Origin: Octopus vulgaris
Taxonomy: Eukaryota
DNA length: 64,000 nt
Reading direction: 5' to 3'
Assembly: GCA_951406725.2 (NCBI GenBank)
Contig: OX597819.1
Span: 50,716,001 to 50,780,000 of the forward strand
Shown: in pieces, positions 56,401 through 64,000 of the stretch
Numbering within the stretch: position 1 is the first letter of the stretch
How the letters are laid out: every line of letters begins with the position of its first letter
Notes under the pieces: generated by a model
Database searches by the model: none
Seen by the model: only the letters and a program-made list of their open reading frames with translations
Told to the model about the DNA's origin: nothing
Program-made: the position numbers and the translations under genes

Positions 56401-57075
56401 TGCGGTGAGTGGTATTTAGAAATGGTGTGTGGTGGTTTTTCCGAAATGTCAGCGGTCACAGAAGACAAAACGTCAAGTCATTAAACAAATTTACCTACAA
56501 AAATCATAAATAAGAAAAATAAAACAGAAATAAGAGAAATACATAAAAACAAAAAACAAAAATTAACAAAATGATTTTTAAGTATGTAGAGTTGTGTCTT
56601 CGTGTATGTACGTAAATGTATATACACACATATACACACGTTATAATACGCGTGTGAGTATTCATATATGTATGTGTGTGTCAGTGTCAGTATTCATATG
56701 TGGATGAGCGTCCATATGTGTGTGTGTGTGTGTGTGTGTGTGATTGTATATGTGTGTATGTATGCTTATATATGCATAGATGCTTATATATACATATATG
56801 CGTGTGGTTGTATATGTACGATTATATATACAGATTTATGTGTGTATAGCTTTGTATATACGTGTAGTTTTTGTATGTGGATTGTGGAGACGTATTACAG
56901 TGTTATATTGTAGGTAGGGTACGTTATCAAGATTCAAAACAGAAAGGGAGGGAATACGACACATACCTACACACTTTCACATCTACATAAGCGCATACTC
57001 GTATCCATACATATACCGGTACATTCATAAATACATACACACACCTATAACTCTCTCTCTCTATATATATATATA

Positions 57076-57378
57076 TCACGTGATCACGTCACCGACCAAA
57101 CCATCAGATGTTGCTACACATCGCTGGTCACAATGAGCTTTGCATTGTTTTAGCCTTCAAATGACGCCACCCCGCTGGCTTAAGCGGGCAGGCCAACAGA
57201 AGAAAGAGTGAGATAAAGTTGTGGCGAAAGAGTACAGGAGGGATCGCCACCACACCCTGCTCTCGTGGAGCTTTAAGTGTTTTCGCTCAATAAACACTCA
57301 CAACGCCCGGTCTGGGAATCGAAACCGCGATCCTACGACCGCGAGTCCGCTGCCCTAACCACTGGGCCATTGTGCCTC

Positions 57379-57380
<2 letters not shown>
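57076..57380 (-). mobile_element. SINE family C with a different 3' tail
   Basis: Head matches 25586; tail differs from the 44121 copy. Confidence 0.85.
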
Positions 57381-57456
<76 letters not shown>

Positions 57457-57971
57457 CAAATATATTTATACATATATATACATATATGAATACCTATATA
57501 CATACATATACATATATGTATATATATATTCGTACTTATATGTGTACAAATGTATATATATATATATATATATGTCCTCGTGTGTGTAAATAGGTGTTTA
57601 GGGATGTGTGTATGTATGCACTTCAAATCATACCTACATACAGAAGTACATGCATTTATGAGGTAAACTGAAGACAAAACCAAAACCATGTTCTGTAAAC
57701 ACACACACACACACACATATAGATAGATAGAAATACATACACACACAAGCATATATGAATATGTATATATATATTTATATATATACATAATATATGTATA
57801 TACATATATACTTATATACGTATGTGTGTGTGTATAAATTCCAACTATATATATATATATATATATACCGGAGTAAACACATAAATGTGAAACAAGGTGG
57901 AAAAAAGAGTACTCAAATACCAGTGGTAGAGTAATATGCTTTATTTAAAGCAGCAGAAAATTCAACAAAAC

Positions 57972-58009
57972 CTGTTACTCTGAGTTTCCCGTTGCCGTTC
58001 ATCGGACAG
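57972..58009 (-). ncRNA. HHR-like motif with CCGAUGA core in a ~145-bp island (57868-58012) inside (TA)n
   Basis: CUGU-CCGAUGA-ACG-GCAA-CGG-GAAA-CU-CAG-A-GUA-ACAG; stem I is a perfect 4 bp; GNRA loop in stem II. Confidence 0.6.
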
Positions 58010-58025
58010 TTACATATATATATGG

Positions 58026-58092
<67 letters not shown>

Positions 58093-58184
58093 CATTAATA
58101 CATATATATATATATATGTATATATATATAATTTTATATATATATATATATATACACACACATATACATATATATATACATATA

Positions 58185-58242
<58 letters not shown>

Positions 58243-58931
58243 ATAGAAATTGTTAAAGAAGCTGGCAGATAGCAAAGCAATATGAAATAAGAAAGAAAAA
58301 AAAAGAAATCAGGAAGGAAGGAAGAAGACAAAGAAAGAAAAAAGAAAGAAATAGAGCGGTGACAGACATAATGGAATGGAAGAAGAAGAAGAAGAAGAAG
58401 AAGAAGAAGAAGAAGAAGAAGAAGAAGAAGAAGAAGAAGAAGAAGAAGAAGAAGAAGAAGGAGGAGGCGGAGGAGAAGCAGTACATTATAAAAGAAAAAT
58501 AAGGAAAAGGCCAAATTTGACAAGAGAATCATTGTAGTCTAGTCACCGAAAAAGATTCTCAGCCGTATAGTTTACATCTACATTATTGGTTAGCTTGTGA
58601 ATGTGTGTGTGTGTATGTGTGTGTGTGTGTGTGTGTATGTGTGTGTGTGTATGTGTGTGCGTGTGTGCGTGTGAGTGTGTGCGTGTGTGTGTGTGAATGT
58701 GTGTCTATACATACATACATACATACATGTGTGTGTGTGTCTACATACATGTACATATATATATAATTATATGAATATATATATAGAGACAGATATATAT
58801 ATGTATAATTATATTCATATCTGTGTATACGTGTATACATACATATCTACCTACCTACCTACCTACCTACCTATATACATACCTACCTACATGCATATAT
58901 ACACACATACATACATACATACATACATACA

Positions 58932-58963
<32 letters not shown>

Positions 58964-59179
58964 CATACATTTATGTATGTATGTATACTCACGCACACAC
59001 ATACTGGACCGCTGAGATCTACAAGTTTATTTTCGTTCTGTCTTTGTTTTCTCTCATTCCTTACAGTTGTAGAGCGTAGGCTTGAAACGTAAAAGACTTC
59101 ATTTTCACCAGCGTTAAGCTAATACACTTGCTTGTTGTTCATACACCTGTCTTCGTCTTTTGTTTCTCTATAAATCCCA

Positions 59180-59218
<39 letters not shown>

Positions 59219-59353
59219 GCACGCTCAAACGTACATATGTTATGTGTGTATTTGTGCTGTAAGTATGCATTGACATAGAACAACACTAATTTCTCTGTTA
59301 CTGACACTCTTCTATTTTCTTCTCAGCACGCTTTTCTTCTGATGTGATATTCA

Positions 59354-59398
59354 AACTTTCTGAAGAAGAGCTCAGTTCTGAAACTTCCGTAAGAAGTT
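59354..59398 (+). ncRNA. Minimal type I hammerhead ribozyme
   Basis: AACUUU-CUGAAGA-AGAGC-UCA-GUUCU-GAAA-C-UUCC-GUA-AGAAGUU. Confidence 0.7.
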
Positions 59399-60584
59399 AC
59401 TTCTACTTCCGTAATTTCTCATTATGCATCAAACAAATAATTTCCATTTCGTTCTCACATTGTCTTCTTTGGTTGCTATTCTTGTTACTAATTTTGAATC
59501 TACACAAACATATGCACACACGCATTCGCACGAGCATACATGCACATACTTGTATATCAATGAAGCTCAACGCACTAGAAAATTGTCCTGTATGCGCCGC
59601 TAATCACGAATGTATGGAATGGGAACAATGGATAAATACAATTAAGACACAATGAAAAAAATTTTAGCTGTCATCAGCTGTATCTCTAAGTATTCTGCCA
59701 GTTTCGATACCTCAGTATAGAACTGGTAACTAAATGGCGAGAACAAGTCATTGATTATAGTTATTAGGCAATTAATTCAGTGGAGACGAGACAGAAATAA
59801 CAAGTGAAACATGATGTGGAATCGCTGAAACTCGAATGGACGAAAAAATATATCGTTAAGACTAGTGAAAAAATTGAAACTTATATCTATTTCATTTCAC
59901 CACAAAATTCGGTATTTTTCATTTTTTTTCTGTTCTTGTTGCTAGTTTTAACCCCACATCTCACTGTCCTTGCTTTTTGTCCGTCCGAGTCGCTAAAACA
60001 TAACTACCTGTTTCTTTTGTATCAATTGCAGTACTATCGTATTTAATGGCTTGTTGACGCCATTAAGGTGGCGAAATAGCTAATGATTTCAAAGGTGATA
60101 AGAGTATACGGATGTGTACAGCTCACAATTCGATGTTGTATCAATAGTTTTTCTTGTTTTCGTATTGCGATAACATCGTAACTATATCACCGAAGTTCAG
60201 TTTAGTGGTAATCTGTTTTGTGATATAGGTCACTCAGTTCTGTGATAATCCAAAGAATCCTTTCATCTAATTTACAGAAGTAGAGTGTTTGTTGTATTAT
60301 ATTCTAAATAGCATATGTATGTTTTATGAAGCTTGTTCCTAAAAATTTGGGTTATTGACAGTCAGCTTAAGTTGTCTTTTAATGATATCTGCTTGTCAGT
60401 TACTGCATCCGGTATTGATTAATATTTGAATAATTCTAAACATTTCTACATCGATTAGATTTTCGGATGGAATGTATTAAGTGCACTATTTGCAGAAGCG
60501 ATAGAAATATTAGTATCACTACCCTCCATACACACGCATACACACACGTCTCTATGCAAGTGTGTGTATGTATGTATGTACATA

Positions 60585-60790
60585 GGCATGGTTGAGATAG
60601 GCTCAAGCGTGGCTCTGTAGTAAGTTTGCTTTCCAGTCACATGGTTTCGGGTTCAATTCCACTGCGTGGCAACTTTCCCGAGTTTTTTTATCAAGTTGCC
60701 ACTCGTTCAAGTGTCTTCTACTATAATCCTAGGCCAACCAAAGCCTTCTGAGTGGATTTAATAGACAAAAACGGAAAACATATCGTATAT
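60585..60790 (+). mobile_element. SINE family B 5' half, diverged
   Basis: GGTTCAATTCC B box and family similarity. Confidence 0.7.
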
Positions 60791-61149
60791 ATGTATGTGT
60801 GCGTATATATGTATGTGTGCGTATATATGTATGTGCAAAGACACACACATAGATGTTATACACACACACATATATTTATATATACATATATAGTTATGGT
60901 ATATGCTGTTAAGGACGTAGCACAGTACAATATGAAGCTCGTCCACCTTCAGATTTGAACTTACAGAGACAATATTTATATATCGTCTGACGAAACACAA
61001 CTAGATCCCATAATGCATAATCAAGTACCTCCACGCCTGGATCACTATGTTGCGTGGAAACAATTGTGGTGATTAAAAATTTCATGTCCAAACGTACTCT
61101 TTCTTGTTGACTCCAATATTTTCAATTACATACATATATACTGTATATA

Positions 61150-61870
61150 CAGGGTGCGGTGAATAAACTGTTATCTAAATTACGTAAAACCATAACACTG
61201 ACATATCTTTTTAACAGATATATTTACCAAAATTACAGAAAAATATCTTGAAATACTAAAGAGTATACTTATACTGTAAAATCGCCATTGGTTTCAACTA
61301 CAGCCGCCAGACGACTTCGGAAACTACTGTAACTTTTCTGGACGGTCTCCTTCTTTAAATTGGTGAATGCTGCTATAATCCTTGCATTCAGTTCATCTTT
61401 GGTGTTAAAAGCAGTTTTGTTTGTCTTTCGCTCAACTGCGTCTCACACATAACAATGAAGGGAGTTAGGTAGCCAGATGCTAGGGGTGATTAGGTTGCAG
61501 AAATTGTCTGACAGCCATGACTGGTTTCTCCTGCTTGTGTGGCATGGTACAAAATCCTATTGTCAGACACAGGCTTTTCCACATCAGCCACCCACTTGAC
61601 CCACGGCAGCACTTCAGGCACTCGATATAGGCCCCCGTGTTGAGTGTGAGGCCTTGTGAGAAGATAAAGGGGAGCATAACGTCACCATCACTAGTGATCA
61701 CCCCAAACGCCATGATGGTGACTGTATGTTTAATTTTTACACTCTCGGTACATGTTTTGGGGACGAGGTAAGCCAAAAACGGTTGTTCTGTGTGTTCACC
61801 ATCTCATCCTGACAGAAATTTTTCTCGTTTGAGAAAAACGAAAGAATGTTCGGTTTGAAGGCATACTTAA
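61150..61870 (-). mobile_element. DD37D/maT-type Tc1/mariner transposase remnant
   Basis: TA-CAGGGTG terminus; FSNEKNF..KHTVTIMAFGVITSDGDVMLPFIFSQGLTLNTGAYIECL..WLPNS. Confidence 0.8.
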
Positions 61871-62099
61871 TGTGTTCGAGTTACGAATGTGTTCAGAGTT
61901 TTATATTGTTCGTATGCTTGAGGAAAGAGTGACATTTCGTTGGGGATTATCTTTCTCTAACGATAGATGCAGTCTTTCTGCTGCTGAACTACACTTTAAA
62001 GTAGTTTGCCCAAGTTATATACAGTGAATAGCTATGTGTTAGGGCATCTAGCCACACAGAGTGGCGCGCTTGCACACACACACACGTAGCTGACTATCT

Positions 62100-62450
62100 A
62101 CATTTGCCTAGATAGGTCTGATATTACTGTTGAATAAAACGGGTTCCCGAACAGGGCTTTGAGAGACTTTGTAGAATATTTTCAGATAGGGTTCAGATGG
62201 CCTCCATCATTTGTTTCTTGTCTTTCCAGAAATGAAAGAATTAAACACTAAACACCCATGCCAAGATCCCTGTCGTAAGATTTTGTGGACCATCGTTGCA
62301 AAAGTATGTAAACTCATGATATTGACTTTCATACTCTTTAGAAATTAACTGTGTTGGTGTAGAAGCCGTATCAGAGCTTCTGCGAACGAGTAAGCCATGT
62401 TAGGTGCTGTTAAAAGCTTCTACTGGTCTAAAGAGTTCGTTATCATTCTG
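62100..62450 (-). mobile_element. Highly degraded LINE RT fragment (CR1/L2-like)
   Basis: VNIMSLHTFA..HKIL..DLGM..SFLERQ..VSQSPVREPVLF, colinear with RT domains 3-5. Confidence 0.45.
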
Positions 62451-63032
62451 CATATAAAACACGCTACAAATTTTGAAGGAGATATACGAAGCACAAGACT
62501 ATGAATGCTTGCTTGTGCACTAGTGCCTGTGTATGTATGTATGTATGTATGTATGTATGTATGTATGTATGTATGTATGTATGTATGTATGTATGTATGT
62601 ATGTATGTGTGTATGTATGTATGTATGTATGTATGTATGTATGTACGTACGTACGTATGTATGTATATATTTGTGTGTATATGTATATATATGTATATAT
62701 GTGTGTATGTATGTATGCATGCACGTATGCCTGTGTGTACGTATGCATGTATGTAAGTATGCATGCATGTACGTATATTTGCATGTATGAATGTATGCAT
62801 GTACTATGTAAGTTTGCATGCTTGTATGTATATATACATGTATGCATGTATGGATGTATGTGTGCATGTATCTATGCATGTATTTGTGTATGCATGTGTG
62901 CATGTATTCATGTATGTATGTATGCAAGCATATATGTACGCATATGTACGCATGTATATATGCTTGTATGTTTGTGTGTATGCATGCGTGTATGTATGCA
63001 TACATGTATGCACGCACCTAGGTATGTATGTA

Positions 63033-63330
63033 TGGAAGCGTATGACTCAGTGGTTTGAGCATCGGGTTCGGAATCAGAAGGTAGTGTGTTCGATTCCCGG
63101 ACCGGGCTGTGTTGTGTTCTTTAGCTGTAGAAATGAGTTGCGACATCACTGACACCAAACTGTATCGGCCTTTGCCTTTCCCTTGGATGACATCAGTGGC
63201 ATGGCGAGGGAGGTTGGCATGCATGGGCGACTGTTGGTTTTCCATAAAAAATCTTGCCCGGACCTGTACCTCGGAGGGTAACTTTCTAAATGCAATCCCA
63301 TGGTCATTCATGACCGAAGGTAGGGGTCTT
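63033..63330 (+). mobile_element. SINE family D
   Basis: TGACTCAGTGG A box and GTTCGATTCC B box; homologous to 22162-22486. Confidence 0.85.
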
Positions 63331-64000
63331 TACACATGTATGTATGTTTGTATTTATGTAAGTGTGCATGCATTATGTATGTATGCAAGCATTATGTATG
63401 TATGTATGTATGTATGTATGTATGTATTAATGTATGTATGTATGTATGTATGTATGTATGTATGTATGTATGTATGTATGTATGTATGTATGTATGTATG
63501 TATGTGTATATATGCATACATTTTCTTTCGAAGACACACACATGTATAAGCGTGTCTGTATGTACAAAGTTTAATGAAGCAACTTTTTATTGATAATAAA
63601 TTAAATTATAATCAAAGCGTTTATTGATGTTCATCTAAACCTCAGAAACAAAAAAAAAAACGGAATAAAAAATAAAAAATAAAATAAAAACACACAAAAC
63701 AACGCGATAAAGCAAAAAAAGGAATATATGCTTATTGATAGTAAAATCAACTGAATTGATATACTGACTAAGAATTGATCACGAAATCGATAATTTCAAC
63801 TTCTGCAAATCATTGGTGCTGCTACTAAAAATTGGTTCTTATAAGTGAAGTGAAAATATGCATCAAACCAAACTAATTATTGAAGTTACTAAACAAAGAA
63901 CTTAAGGTTAAATATATTTTGTGTCTGTGAGCACAACCTTTGGACGCCTAACTTTAATAAATACTAAATAGGATGGCGAATAAGGTTGAATTTGAACGCG

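Overview
This is AT-rich, microsatellite-saturated eukaryotic DNA. The SINE families and repeat landscape suggest a coleoid cephalopod (octopus-like) genome, which is my inference. I cannot support any intact protein-coding gene: nearly all ORFs in the track are translated microsatellites. The window is a nested TE graveyard. It holds tRNA-derived SINEs of several families, degraded LINEs (R4/Dong-type RLE, RTE, CR1/L2 group), a degraded Penelope-like (PLE) RT, and mariner and DD37D/maT remnants. The main discovery is a dense set of type I hammerhead ribozyme (HHR) motifs: about 15 motif instances in at least 8 apparently distinct sequence families. They sit in short non-coding elements that are arranged as tandem or fold-back repeats, mostly in or next to (TA)n. 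The best case is a 491-bp tandem unit (8360-9374) with a canonical HHR in each copy. A diverged 473-bp homologue (1241-2023) shows compensatory changes in the stems, so this is a candidate retrozyme / PLE-dependent circular-RNA system. Secondary findings are non-LTR elements that appear to target (AAT)n and (TACA)n microsatellites. All folds and translations were done by eye, and element boundaries are approximate except for the ribozyme motifs.
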